The position numbers and the translations under genes were made by a program. DNA of 64,000 nucleotides from Callorhinchus milii (lineage: Eukaryota): the NCBI RefSeq assembly GCF_018977255.1, contig NW_024704743.1, positions 44,642,001 to 44,706,000 of the forward strand, given 5' to 3'. This document shows, piece by piece, positions 12,158 to 25,234 of this stretch (positions are counted from its first letter, which is position 1; the number at the start of each line of letters is the position of its first letter). Below the pieces are notes generated by a model, which had not been told where the DNA came from, did not search any database, and was given only the letters and a program-made list of their open reading frames with translations.

Positions 12158-14040
12158 TTTTTTTGGTCAGCTGGGTGTCTGACACATACAGGCTGAAATT
12201 TCCATGCATCCCACCTATACATGGAAATTTCAGAGACAGATTGTTGGAATGGAACGTGCACTCTCTCCCTCGAGGGATGCATCCCGCTAACCTGATTGGG
12301 ACGTTCTTCCAACGTGAAAGTGCTATACAAATGTTATTTTGTTGTTGTTGTCATTCAGGAAAGTATTAGGTGCAGGTCGGCAAGAACCAAGGCTTGGCGA
12401 CCCCAGAGTGTGAGTTGGGGCACTGCTGGAGTCGAACCAGCTCAAACCGCAAAACTTGCCATTAATATTGCTGTCCAGCAAGCATTCCTGCTGCTTGTCC
12501 AGCCAGGACAACTCAACCAGTCAGGGCTTTGGCTGCAGGGTTAACAACAACAAAATTACATTTGTAAAGCGCCTTTCACGTCCGGAGGTTGTCCCAAGGC
12601 GCTGGACAGACAGAGTTTCAGACCCGAGCTGAGGGTCAGGGTGGGGGAGGGTGGAGGGTAGGGGGGGAAGCAGGGAGATTGAAAGCACGGTCAAAGAGGA
12701 GGGTCTTGAAGGAGGCAAGGGAGTGGGCGAGGTGGAGGGACTGCGGGATGGAGTTCTAGAGGGTGGGGGCAGAGTGGTGGAAGGCCCGCCCGCCGATAGT
12801 GAGGCCAGCGAGGCGGGGGATGTGAGGCAGGCCAGAGCCCGCTGAGCGGAGGGAGCGAACAGGATGGTAGGGGTTTAGGAGATCGGAGAGGTAGGGGGGA
12901 GCAAGACCATGGAGGCTTTGAAGGTGAAGACCAGGGTCTTGAACTGTATCCTCCGGGTGATGGGAAGCCAGTGGAGGGCAAGGATGGGGTATAGGGTCAC
13001 AGAGCCTAGTGCGGGAGGGAGGAGTTGTGGAGGCTGACCAGCAGTGAGGTTGCATAGTCGAGCCTTGACGTAATGAAGGCGTGTATGAGGGTTTCGGAGG
13101 CCTGGGGTGTGAGACAGCGTCGGAGCCGGGCGACATTGTGGAGGTGGGGGAAGGCAGAGCAGGTCATTGTGCGAATGTGGAGTAGAAAGGATAGTTGAGG
13201 GTTGAATGAGACCTAAGGTTCCGGACTTGCTTAACAAGGTGGAGGGTGCAACCATGGATGGTGATACTGTCAACGCCTGAGGTGAGGAGGCGCTGACGGG
13301 AGCCAATCAGGAGAGCCTCGGTCTTGTTGATGTTCAACTGAAGAAAGTTAGCTCTCATCCAGGACTTGATGTATGACAGACATTCTGTCAGGACAGCAGT
13401 GGTCCTGGAGTTAAGGGTGGAAGCAGAGAGGTAGAGTTGGGTGTCATCCACATACATGTGGAAGTTGACCCCTTGTCTGCGGATGATGTCACTAAGGGGG
13501 AGCATATAGATGTTGAATAGGAGGGGACCAAGGACAGAGCCCTGAGGAACGCTGCATGAGACGGTTCGGGGGCTAGAGGAGAAGCCATTTGAGGAGATGA
13601 CGTGCAGGCAGTGTGAGAGGTACGATCTGAACCAATCAAGGACAGGAACTGAGTGGGATGACTTCCTGCCCCCGGTGACTCGTCTGTCCTTGCAGGTCCT
13701 GCCGATGAGCCAGACTAGCTGTGCTGTCATCAGCAGTGCCCTGGAATACAGCGGACCCGCCTGGCTTAGGAGCCGGAGTAGAGACCCCCAGAGGGCTGGC
13801 TCGATTCCGACATTCCATTGCCAGTTCAGCTCCAAGGAGACCCTGCTTTACCTCCCCCCCAGGAGGATAGTCACTAGTTGGTCGTTTGACATCTGACAAG
13901 ATGGGTTTAAGCCCTCACCAGGTGGATGGTAGGTACAAGGAACTCCCTGCGAGCTTCCCAGTGGGCAATACATTCCTATCTGCAGCTCTGGCCCACGTCG
14001 CTTCCCATTGAGCGATGGTTCCACCAATTGCAGGGTCATT
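12158..14040 (-). mobile_element. Unclassified A-tailed repeat (family U), split by an L2 at 12543-13643 and an L2 tail at about 12295-12351
   Basis: 12158-12542 and 13644-13880 are colinear with the uninterrupted copy at 17253-17881; extension to 14040 is tentative. Confidence 0.75.
12543..13643 (-). mobile_element. L2 LINE, 5'-truncated
   Basis: [19 protein letters not shown]...[15 protein letters not shown] motif, (TTG)n tail. Confidence 0.95.
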
Positions 14041-14205
14041 GAATAGTGATTAAGAAATCCCTTTATCTAGTTTATCTAATGGTTTTCCTATTCACTATTC
14101 AGTGACCCATGGTGAGATCAGGCAACAAGAGGGCTTGAGTTTCACACAAGACTGATCACTGAGGGAAGGTGCATGGAATCCATTGAACATTACATGTGAT
14201 ATATC

Positions 14206-14527
14206 ATAATAATAATAATAATAATCCTTGCATTTGATATAGCGCTTTTCACGTCGGGAGGACGTCCCAAAGCGCTTCACAGAACACACTGTAAAGTGAA
14301 TTGACTATATATTTGTGGGCGAACGCGGCAGCCAATTGCGCACAGCAATGTCCCACAAACAGTCGTAGATTGGAAATGACCAATTTATTATTGTTTTGGT
14401 TTTGGAGGGATTATTATTAGGCGTGTGGAGTAAGGAAACTTGCCCAAGGTTTCGCCCTGACTGGAATTGAACTCAGGTCTCTCGCTTGCAAAGCGAGTGC
14501 TCTAACCACTGAGCTACAGGACTCCAC
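14206..14527 (-). mobile_element. SINE family A, full length
   Basis: Near-identical to 191-515. Confidence 0.95.
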
Positions 14528-14639
14528 ATCTTGTACATCTTGTACATCATCTTGTACATCTACTACTAGTATTGCCAGTTTGTATTATATCTGGTATCAC
14601 TTTCTTTTGAGCATTTAACTAGGATGAGGAAACTCTGAG

Positions 14640-14880
14640 GCTTGGGGGGCACAGCTGTGAGAAGGTGTTACCTTGGCTCTTGGCAACCCATGCCTAATAG
14701 TTTCTGCAACTAGGTAAGCAGGATGTGTCTCTCCAGCGAGGGGGTGCGCATTTGGTTCCAACAATCTATCTCTTGCATGTCCATGTGCAGTTGGGATGCA
14801 TGGAGTTCTCAGCTTGGTTTGGATATTCTTAAGCATGGTGATGGGTTTACACACGGTCATACATCCCACTGATCAAAAAA
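14640..14880 (+). mobile_element. Family U 3' fragment
   Basis: Homologous to the reverse complement of 17253-17480; ends ctgatcaaaaaa. Confidence 0.75.
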
Positions 14881-15029
14881 GCATCTTTCGGCCATTTAAC
14901 TTGTTCCCTAAAACAATTAGGTGTCAACCTGGCTGAATTGGTAGAACTCTGTTTTTAGGTTAAGCAATAATAAAACGTTAGAATTTTAAATCCATGTGCT
15001 TCATTCTTCAAGATAAATTTGCTTGCCGA

Positions 15030-15900
15030 GTGTCAGCTTGGCTCAGTTAGTAGCCTTCCACTACAGTATTGGGGGAGCACTGTTGCTTTGTCAGCTATTT
15101 AAATAGAAACCCGGTTGTTAGTCGATTGGCAAATTGCTTTTCTGGGGGTAATAATTCCTTCAAAAATAACAATTATAAATTGGTCACTTTAATCTATGAC
15201 TGTTTCTGGGACACTGCTGTGCGCAATTGGCTGCCGTGGTTCGCCCACAAAATATACAGTCATTTCACTTTACAGTATATTCTGTTGAGACGTCTCGAAG
15301 ACATGGTAAGGCGCTACATCAAATGCAAGGATTATTATATTTAGAATTTCCAAGTAACTTTTAAGGACTTGTACCATCCCTTGAATGAGAAGTTAAACCG
15401 AGGTCCCGCTTGCCTGTTCAGGTGGACATTAAAGATCCCATTTAACAACTTGAAAAGGGAAGGGAGTTTCTTCTGGTATCCAGGCCAACAATCTGCCAAA
15501 TAATATTGGTCATTCACTTCATGACCATTTGTGGAACATTGCTGTGCTGCTTTTGTCTACACAATCACTTTACAGTAGTTTAACAATAAATATGAAGTGC
15601 TTTAAGATGTCTCGACAACATCATAAAGCACTATATCAAATGCCAGGATGGTTATTACATTACTATAAAATATCAAATCCAACATCAAGATTAAAAGAGC
15701 AGAAGAGAAGGGTGTTTTTCTTGATGTCCTGGCCAACAATCCCCAGATAAAATTTGTCATTCACTTCATGGCTGTTTGTGGGACACTGCTGTTGGCTGCC
15801 ACATTCGCCTACAAATAAACAGTCAGTGGACTTTACAGAAATCTTGAAAAGTGCTTTCCGATAGTCTTGATGTTATAGGTTCTATATCAAATACAATGTT
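15030..15900 (+). mobile_element. Cluster of SINE B and SINE C copies
   Basis: C head at 15030, B body about 15085-15340, Deu-like segment gaggtcccgcttgcctgttcaggtggacattaaagatccc at about 15400, further tails to 15900. Confidence 0.75.
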
Positions 15901-16904
15901 TTTTTATTAAATTGCTGTTGGACACAATACGAAGCGACTCCAGATCTGCCTCTGGCAGCACAAACACTATGCCTGATTTAAATTCTTGAATTGCTGCTGA
16001 CTTTGGACATTCTGTCAGCAGCAAGAGTAATGTAAGGGTTCTTTTGGCAGACAAGACCGACTGCATTCCCCCTTCGCACACAGAAACAGAGAAGGGAAAA
16101 AAGGAAAAGAGAATGAAAAGCTGAATTCTTTAGTTATTTTTAACATAAGCACAGGAGCAAATGCCTCCCAGCGTTTTAAGTAGACGCTAAGATAGATACG
16201 GTGGTGAATAAATGAACTAAGGGGTAGAATACAGAAAAGACTCTTTCTTTCAGATTGAAAGCGAACTTGTTTGCATGCCGTGGATAGGGCTGACTTGTTT
16301 TCGCACTTTGTGAAATAGGCACACTGCCATCAATCCTTGTGTCATGCTGAACCAGCTACAGTACTATATCTTGGGGGGTGTGGGGACTGGAAGTGTGAAA
16401 CAAATAGCAAGGCATAAATGCAAAATTTGCTTTTATGCCTTGCTATTTGGGATAAAGATTAACACTTTATATGGCTAGAAAAAGTAAACTTTTAACAACA
16501 CTTTTACGTTAAAATAATCTATACATTTGCATTTTGTTGATATGCAAATGCAAGAATTATTAATTTAATGTGATAGTGTTGTAAAATGTTTACTTTTTCT
16601 AGCTAAATAAAGTGTTAATCTGACTCACATATCTAAATATCTTAAAGCATATCTCAAGTTATTGCATCAAATGCTGTGGCGTTTTTTGAAGGCAGTTGGT
16701 CCCCTACTTCCCTATGCAATAAATATATATATTATGTATTATGCTCATTTGTATCGGGACTAAAAATTATATTGGCAAATACTATTAAGCACTTCGTTCA
16801 CCAGTACTCAAATAAACAGTCACTAAACTGACCAGTAAATCCTGTGAAGCGCTTTGAGACATCCTCCCGACCAAATGCATGGATTATTATTATAAATTGT
16901 ATTG

Positions 16905-17240
16905 TGGAGTGGTGTTGATTATGTATTTTGTGGGCAGTCAGTTTTCACACAGTAATGCCCACAACCAGCCATGGAATGAATGACTAGTTTCTTTTAATTG
17001 GGGGATTTTTGGCCAGGACACCAGGAGAAACTCCCTTCTCTAATATGAAGAGTGCCATGGGATCTGTAATATCCACCTGAACAGGCATAATGGGCTTCAA
17101 TTTAACGTCTCAATCAAAGGGTGGAACTACCAAAAATGCAACATACCCCGAGCACTCTTTTGAAGGGTCATCTTAGATCATGTGATTCCAAGACTCAATG
17201 TGGGGCTTAAATCTTCTGATTCAGAAAGGAGAGTGCTTGG
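16905..17240 (-). mobile_element. SINE family C
   Basis: Deu-like core and head in reverse orientation. Confidence 0.7.
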
Positions 17241-17252
17241 GCATCAGTAGTA

Positions 17253-17881
17253 ATTTTTTTGGTCAGCCGGGTGTCTGACACATTTCTGTTTGAAACCCAT
17301 CACCGTGATTAAGAGTATCCAAACCAAGCTGAGAATTCCATGCATCCCACCTCCACATGGAAATTCCAGAGACAGACTGTTGGAATGGAATGCGCACTCT
17401 CTCCCTGGAGGGACCCATCCTGCTTACCTAATTCCAGAAAATATTAGGCACATGTTGACAAGAGCCAAGGCTTGGGGACCCCAGAGAGTGTGTTGGGGTA
17501 CTGCTGGAGTCCAACCAACTAAAACCGCATAGCTTGCCATTGACATTGCTGTCTGACAAGCTTTCCCGCTGCTTGTCTGACTAGAAACACCCTGTGATTA
17601 CGGCTTTGGCTTGAAGGGTTAACAGGAGCTAAGTGGGATGACTCCCTGGCCCGAGGGATTGGTCTGCCCTTCCAGATCCTGCTGATCAGCCAGGCTGGCT
17701 ATGCTGTCATCAGCAGTGCCCTGGAATACTGTGGACCCACCTGACTCAGAAACCGGACTACTGAGACGGCCACAGAGCGCTGGCTCAATTCCGACAATCC
17801 TTTACCAAGCATGTCACCTTGCAGCCAGTTCAACTCCAAGGAGACCCCACTTACCTCCCCCCCAAGGAGGATAGTCACCAT
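17253..17881 (-). mobile_element. Family U, longest uninterrupted copy
   Basis: T-run then ggtcagccgggtgtctgacac; homologous to six other loci in the window. Confidence 0.8.
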
Positions 17882-18793
17882 CAGTAGTAAAAGGAGGAGA
17901 AAAGGATCATTTTAGCCTATTTAGCTAAGTCTCAAAGCTTGAAAAATCCACAGAATTCTCTATCATGTCTCACCGTTTCTTAACAATCAGTTCAACTCCG
18001 TCTTGAATTAGTCAACCTATTCACTTTCACCGTCTCTCTAGGCAGTCTGATTCACACTTCCATCAGACGGTGTAAATTAGTTAAATCTAATCGGTCTGCT
18101 GCCTCCTCCTTCTGTGGCAAAGGCTCTTCTTCACATTTGCTATTCTGTCTTTACTGCTTTGTACACTGTGCTGATGGTTTCAGGGACCCAGTTTCAGTAG
18201 TATCCTTTTGTCCCTCTCCTGGGTGGTATTTGGTTGACCACAGTTTATATTATAATCACTTCTTTAATTCCCATTTGACTCCCATTCTGTGCTGAGCTAG
18301 CTCTTCTCCCCTGTGGCTGTGGGGTTCTTACAGTTAAGTATTTAATACAATACTTAACGATAGGAACTGCAGAGTTCTTAAGAAAGAATTGAAGCTCTCT
18401 TACCTTTAATTGCTATGCTAAAAATAGGGATTGCACAATTTGTTTTACAATACTCAATAGTGATACCATTTTGTCAGAATAGCCAAATGATTTATTTTCT
18501 TGCTTTCTTCCTATTGTTGCATTGCTTTTAACACAGCAATATAGTGTTTTTGCTTTGCAGCTTTTCCATTATTATGAACAGAAAGTGCATTTAAGACTGG
18601 CCAAGTGAAGGTAATGAGGGATAACTGGTCCTGCATTTATGGTGAACAAAGAGTTTCAGTGCATTTATATGTAATTTTCAACACTGGGTTAAGTGCAGCG
18701 AAATGCATAGTTAGCTCTCAATAAGTGATTTAGCTACGATGAGAGGATGGGTACACTTGGGTTATATTCCTCAGTAGGGTGGTCCAGGGTGAC

Positions 18794-19763
18794 TTACATT
18801 TGTATAGGGAGAACATCCCAAGGTGCTGGACAGTTAGGGATTTGGACTCGAGCTAGGGGTTGGGATCTAGAGAGGCAAAAAGCAGGGAGGTTAGAGCTAG
18901 GAGGGTCAAAGAGGAGGGTCTTGATACAAACCTTGAAGGAAGTAAGGGAGTTAGCGATGCAAAGGGACTGTGTGATGGAGTTCCAAAGGGTGGGGCAGAG
19001 AGGCTGAAGGCTCAATCACCGATGGTGGTGAGGGCCGGGTGGCGGGTGTGGAGCAGGCTGAGCGGAGGGAGCAGACAGGTCGATATGGAGTTAGCAGGTC
19101 ACAGGGGTAAGGAGGAGCAAGGCCGTGGAGGGCTTTGAAAGTGAGGATTTTGAACTCTGTACTCTGGAGGGTGGGGAGTCAATAGAGATAGGCGAGGGTT
19201 GGGGTGATAGGGTCACGGAGCTTGCTGCGGGAGCGGATACAAGCTAAAGAGTTCTGGATGACTTGCAGTTTGTGGAGGGAAGAGTTGGGAAGTCAGACAA
19301 GCAGGGAGTTGGTGTAGTCAAGGCTGGACGTGATGAATGTATGGATGAAGATCTCGGCGGCCTGAGGGGAGAGACAGTGGTGGATCCGGGCGATGTTGCG
19401 GAGATGGGGGAAGGCAGAGTTGGTCATGGCATGGATGTGGGGTAGAAAGGATAGTTGAGGGTCAAACAAGACCCCAAGGTTCTAGACTGACTCAGTGAGG
19501 TGGAGTGTGCAACCATGGATGGTGATGCTGTCAGTGCCTGAGGTGAGGAGGCGCTGACGGGAGCCAATCAGGAGAGCCTCGGTCTGGTTGATGTTCAACT
19601 GTAGAAAGTTAGCTCTCATCCAGGACTTGATGTCTGACAGACAATCAGTCAGGACAGCAGTGGTCCTGGAGTCGAGGGTGGAGGCAGAGAGATAGAGTTA
19701 GCTGTTATCTGCATACATGTGGAAGTTGACCACATGTCTGCAGTTGATGTCACAAGAGGGCAA
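18794..19763 (-). mobile_element. L2 LINE, 5'-truncated
   Basis: NFHMYAD motif; colinear with 12543-13500. Confidence 0.9.
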
Positions 19764-20523
19764 GTTAGATAGATAAATATTTGGGAGTAAGAGTATTGAG
19801 GAGAATGGCGTAATGACAGGGTATATGGGATTAAAAGCTCTGCTATGATCTAATAAACCAATGGAGCAAGCACAGTGAGGAGATGGCGTCCTCCTTTTCC
19901 TACGTCCCCAAATTTTGTGAAACTGTAGCCGTTGGTGAGAAACAGGGAGAAAATGAGGGAAAATAGTACTCAATGAGATCATGCAACAAAATGCATTCTC
20001 TGTAATCTGTTTATTTTTAAGTCACTTTACAGTTGAGTATCTTTTCAGTTTGTACCTTCTGGAGTAACATAGAGATATGGGCCTATTAAATGCAAAGTTG
20101 TTAAACTTTACAGTAAAGTGCAAGGATTATTATCCTATTGTAACTTCTGTCCTAATGTATAATCTGCGACTTAATGCAGCGTTATTTGGTCTACCGTCTA
20201 ACTAAATGTGTGTGTCACTCTTGCCTGAGTCAGAAGGTTGTAGGTTCAAGTCCCACATAGGGTAAGATATGTTGTATTGTCAGTTCATGTGAGTGGCATT
20301 GAGAGTATTATGAAATTCGAGTCATAATAATTTGAACTGGAGCCAATGACTCACACCTCCAAGTATCCAAATCAAGTTCAATTGTTAAGTAATAAAGTGC
20401 TGTTCTAAACAAAAATATGAGATGAAAAAGATTTGCCAATATCAGTTGCAAGCACTTGCATTGGTAGAAAAGAACTCAAGGTTGTTAATGTTTTAATTGT
20501 GTGGATGGAAGACTGGGATCAGT

Positions 20524-22823
20524 ATGGATCTAGTTCTGGGGAATGAAGTAGGGTAAGTGTAGCAGGTTTCAGTGGGAGAGCATCTGGGCAATAGTGATCA
20601 TAACATCATTAGATTCAGAGTGCATATGGAACGAGACAAGGAACCATATAAGGTGAAGATATTCAACTGGAAGAGGGCAAATTTCAGTGAGTTAAAAAGG
20701 GACCTAGCCAAGGTGGACTGGAAAGAAAGATTGGCAGGTAAAACAACTAAAGAACAGTGGGAAGTCTTCAAGGATGAGATAGCTCGGGGACAGAACAAAT
20801 ACATTCCCACAAAAGGGAAAAGTAGGGCTTCCAAACCTCCCTGGATGACGAAGGAAATTGTATCTAGAATGAAGCAGAAAAAGGAGGCGTATGACAGGTG
20901 TCAAACCCAAGATACAGAAGACAACCAAATAGAATATAGGAAATGCAGAAGAGGTTTGAAAAAGGAAATAAGAGGGGCAAAAAAATTATACGAAAAAAGG
21001 TTAGTAGGTAACATTAAAGGGAATTCTAAAATATTTTACAAGCATATCAAGAATAAAAGGCCAGTCAAAGGTAGGGTGGGGACAATTAAGGACCAAGGGG
21101 GAAATCTTATTGTGGAGGCAGAGGGTATGGCTGATGTGCTGAATGAGTACTTTGCATCTGTCTTCACAAAAGAAGTGGATGCACCGGAGGAGAGGGTAGA
21201 GGAAATGGATAGAATAAGTATAAACAGAGAGGAAGTACTGAAAAGGTTGACTGCGCTTAAAGTAGATAAGTCACCCGGTCTGGACGGGATGCAACCAAGA
21301 TTACTATGGGAGGCACGGGTGCAAATAGCGGAGGCTTTGGCTACAATTTTTCAATCATTGTTGGACACAGGAGTGGTGTCAGAGGACTGGAGAATGGCCA
21401 ATGTGACTCCCTTGTACAAAAAGGAACAGAAGGACAAACCTGGGAACTACAGGCCAGTCAGCCTAACATCAGTAGTGGGGAAACTCCTGGAGACTATAAT
21501 CCGGGACAGAATAAATCTTCACTTAGAAGAATATGGGTTAATTAGGGACAGCCAACATGGATTTGTTAAAGGCAAATCTTGTCTAACAAATCTAATAGAA
21601 TTTTTCGATGAGGTAATGGTGAGGGAGGATAAAGGTAGTGCAGTTGATATAGTTTATATGGACCTTCAAAAGGCATTTGACAAAGTGCTACATGAAAGAC
21701 TTGTAAGAAAGATAGAAGCCCATGGTATAAAAGGGAGAGTGGCAGCATGGATCCAGAACTGGCTGTGAGACAGAAAGCAGAGAGTTGTGGTGAACGGCTG
21801 CTTTTCTGACTGGAGGGAAGTGTACAGTGGCATCCCCCAGGGATCAGTATTAGGACCACTGCTCTTCTTAATATACATAAATGATCTGGACTTGGGTATA
21901 GCAAGCACCATTTCCAAGTTTGCGGACGACACAAAGTTAGGTAGGGTAGTAAACAGTGAGAAGGATAGTAGTCAACTGCAGGAAGACATAGACAGAAAAT
22001 GGGCAGACACATGGCAGATAAGTTTCAATATGGAGAAATGCGAGGTAATGCATTTTGGTAGAAAGAATGAGGGGAGGCAATATAGGCTGGTAATACAATC
22101 TTAAGGGGGGTAAAAGAACAGAGAGACCTGGGGGTGCAGGCAAATGAATCCTTGAAGGTGGCAGGACAGGTAAAAAGGGCATATGGGATACTAGGCTTTA
22201 TAAATAGGGGTATAGAGTACAAGAGTCAGGAGGTTATGATTAACCTATATAAAACACTGGTTAGGCCTCAGTTGGAATGCTGCGCCCAGTTCTGGGCACC
22301 ACACTAGGAAGGATGTTAAGGCATTGGAAAGGCTGCAGAGGAGATTTACGAGGATGGTACCAGGAATGAGGGACCTTGATTATGAGGAAAGACTAGAGAG
22401 GCCGGGATTATTCTCATTGGAGCAGAGAAGGTTACGAGGAGACCTAATAGAGGTCTTCAAAATCATGAGGGGATTTGATAGGTTAGAAAGGGAAAAACTG
22501 TTTCCACTCGTGAGTGTGTCGGTGACTCGAGGTCACAGATTCGAAATAGTCTCCAAAAGATGCAGATGGGAGGTGAGAATAAATTTTTCAAGCAGCAAGT
22601 TGTTCGAATCTGGAACGCATTGCCTGAAAGGGTGGTCGAGGCCGTTTCGATAACTACTTTTAAAAACGCGGTGGATGGGTATTTGAAGAGGAGTTATGGG
22701 GTTATGGGGACAAGCCTGGGGAGTGGGATTGAAGTAATTGCTCTATTCAAAGAGTCGGCACAAACTCGATGGGCCGAATGACCTCTTTTTGTGTTGTACG
22801 ATTCTATGATTCTATGATTCTAT
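20524..22823 (+). mobile_element. CR1 LINE, 5'-truncated, 2.3 kb
   Basis: APE end (LGNSDHN), RT domain, C-terminus, 3' UTR and (ATTCTATG)n tail. Confidence 0.97.
20572..22700 (+). pseudogene. Disrupted CR1 ORF2 (endonuclease-reverse transcriptase)
   Basis: [27 protein letters not shown] and KFADDTK motifs; stop at 21766-21768 and downstream frameshifts. Confidence 0.93.
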
Positions 22824-23464
22824 CTGCACCAGACATTTCCTAAAACTCTTGATATTGCTTTACATAAGTTTTACAATTCTTCAGACTGTACTTATTAACT
22901 AAGCCAAAATGAGTGGGAGCCAAGTGACAGTGTCTGGAGCCCATTGTGGAACACACCAACCACTTCCCCTCCACCCCACCCCCACACACATAGACAACCA
23001 CACACATAGTTTAAAAGTAATCTGATGATTTCCAAATTATATAGGCTGCAAATGCACATGAGTTTTGAAACTGCAGATAACAAGATGCTCTCTGAAATGC
23101 AAACCTGCACAGAGGGTGCTATATAAATGCAAGCAACTTACAAATACAGTTAGCCCGCACACTGGGATGAAAGAACACAGAAGCTTTTTTAAAAAAAAAC
23201 TTTAGGAATGAGCACATAACAGAATATTGTACTCACAAATAAAGTCAGCCTTGTACTGACCAAAGACCCGCATAAACAAATGTTTAACATGCCAGACTGC
23301 TATTCGTCACATGCAGAGTTGACTGTATTAGGTTACCAGGATTTCTTATTGTGTATACATTAAAGAAGGTACTGGATATTGCACGTTAAAACTATTATTT
23401 TCGCATGATTGCAAGGGAAGGTGCAAAGAGAAGATTTTCTACAGTAATACCAGTGATGAGCAGA

Positions 23465-23870
23465 TTGACCTTTGAGCAGCAGCTGGAGGAATGGAGTCTA
23501 ATTTAAATGGAATAGAGAAGGTTGCTTACAAAGATCTTCAAAATTATGAGATATTTTGATAGAAGCAATAGGAAAAAAATATTGGCACTAGTTGGTGGAG
23601 TCAGTCTCTTGAGGGCATTAATTTAGAATAGTTACAAGGAAGAGATTATGAGGATTTTTTTTAGTATACAGAATGCTGTGCTGTGTTCAAGGCAGAATTA
23701 GTTTTTAAGAGGGAACTATATAAATAACTAAAATTCTTAATTTCCAGGGATATGGGTGGGTGGGGGGGTGGAGATGGTAGATAAATGGAACTGAATGGAT
23801 TCTTCTTTCAAAAAGCAGACAATAGGCTGAATGGCCTTCTTCTGTGCTATAAAGTTCAATGGTTCTATAA
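23465..23870 (+). mobile_element. Old CR1 3' fragment
   Basis: Degenerate similarity to 22350-22820. Confidence 0.65.
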
Positions 23871-24910
23871 CCAATAATCACAAACAATCCAGGGAAAATG
23901 AAGTGAGTAATAATTTTGTGCTACAGGTAGGAATTCCTGTTAATGCACCACAAGTGGTGCACTTTCTGCCTATTCTGCGGACCTGTTCTTAAATTAAAAC
24001 ACATTCTGGAACAAGTCATGCGAGGTAGACAGTCAAGTGAGAACTTCAGTTAGCTTGTTGTTTGAATAATTTTCTACTTCGGTTAGTTCTCACATTCCTC
24101 GACTGTAAAATCAACAGCAACAACCGAAGAACAAAAAGGTCTTCGCCTTTTATTTTCTTCCATTTTCTGTCCCCTTGAAAAAAATTAGGAATCTACCCCA
24201 GGCCTCTGTGAATGTTAATCTAGAATTGACAATAAAGTGGTGAATCATAGAAGCCAAGCTGAACAGCACTCTCGTTTGACTTCCTCTCTGTGGAAAATCA
24301 TTTGTGTCCACATAATAGCTTCCTGCTCTCTTTTTGAAATAATTTCAATATGCTCGGCCGGAGAACACCAACACACTGCGCCACCTCTGGATTATTATGT
24401 GGGACTGGTATTCTGTTAACACAGTCCAACAGGAATAGAGAGATATAGAAGAGGGGAATAGGAGATCTCATGAGGAGTATAATATACAGTCCACAGTAAA
24501 ATCCAAATATATCGCCCACAAAATGTACAATCAATTCACTTTACAGTATATTCTGTGAAGAGCTTTGATGCACCTCGAAGACGTGATAAGGCGCTATATC
24601 AAATGCAAGGATTATTGTTACTATTATTATAATAATAATAAACACAGACATTAATTAGTTGGGTCAAATGACCTGTTTGCATGCCTTATCATTCTATGTA
24701 ATTTTAAGTATAATATCTGTACAATATCAGGCCAAGAATAAAGCCATATGCCCTGTTTAGTCAAAATGTCAATTTGCTGTTTGTCTTTAAAAACAGTCTT
24801 GGTCTGTTAAAATGTATTAGAATGAATATAATTACCGATTTAAAGATTGCTGCTTATTACAGTTGTGATTGGAACCAACCAAGCCCATCCCTTTAGAAAA
24901 GGGGTTAATA

Positions 24911-25231
24911 GTGGAGACCTGTAGCTCAGTGGTTAAAGCACTCGCCTTGCAAGCGAGACACCTGGGTTCAATTCCAGGCAGGGCGAAACCTTGGGCAAGT
25001 TTCCTTACTCCACACACCTAATAATAATCACTCCAAAAACAAACAAAAAAAATTGGTCACTTTCAATCCACGACTGTTTGTGGGACACTGCTGTGCGCAA
25101 TTGGCTGCCATGTTTCGCCCACAAATATACGGTCAATTCACTTTACAGTCTATTCTGTGAAGCGCTTTGAGACATCGAGAAGAAGTGAAAAGCACTATAT
25201 CAAATGCAAGGATTATCATTATATTATTATA
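24911..25231 (+). mobile_element. SINE family A, full length
   Basis: Head, body and tail present. Confidence 0.93.
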
Positions 25232-25234
25232 TAA

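Noticed and set aside
17610..17625. piggyBac-like end (AGGG-TTAA) or telomerase-template-like TTAACCCT in family U
   Set aside because: The element continues past this point; the apparent end at 12542 is only the L2 insertion site
20572..21768. Functional reverse transcriptase gene
   Set aside because: 5'-truncated CR1 with a stop before the catalytic FADD motif and later frameshifts
24367..24392. CTCF-like site (also near 4643 and 978)
   Set aside because: Spacing or core mismatches; not supportable without a PWM scan
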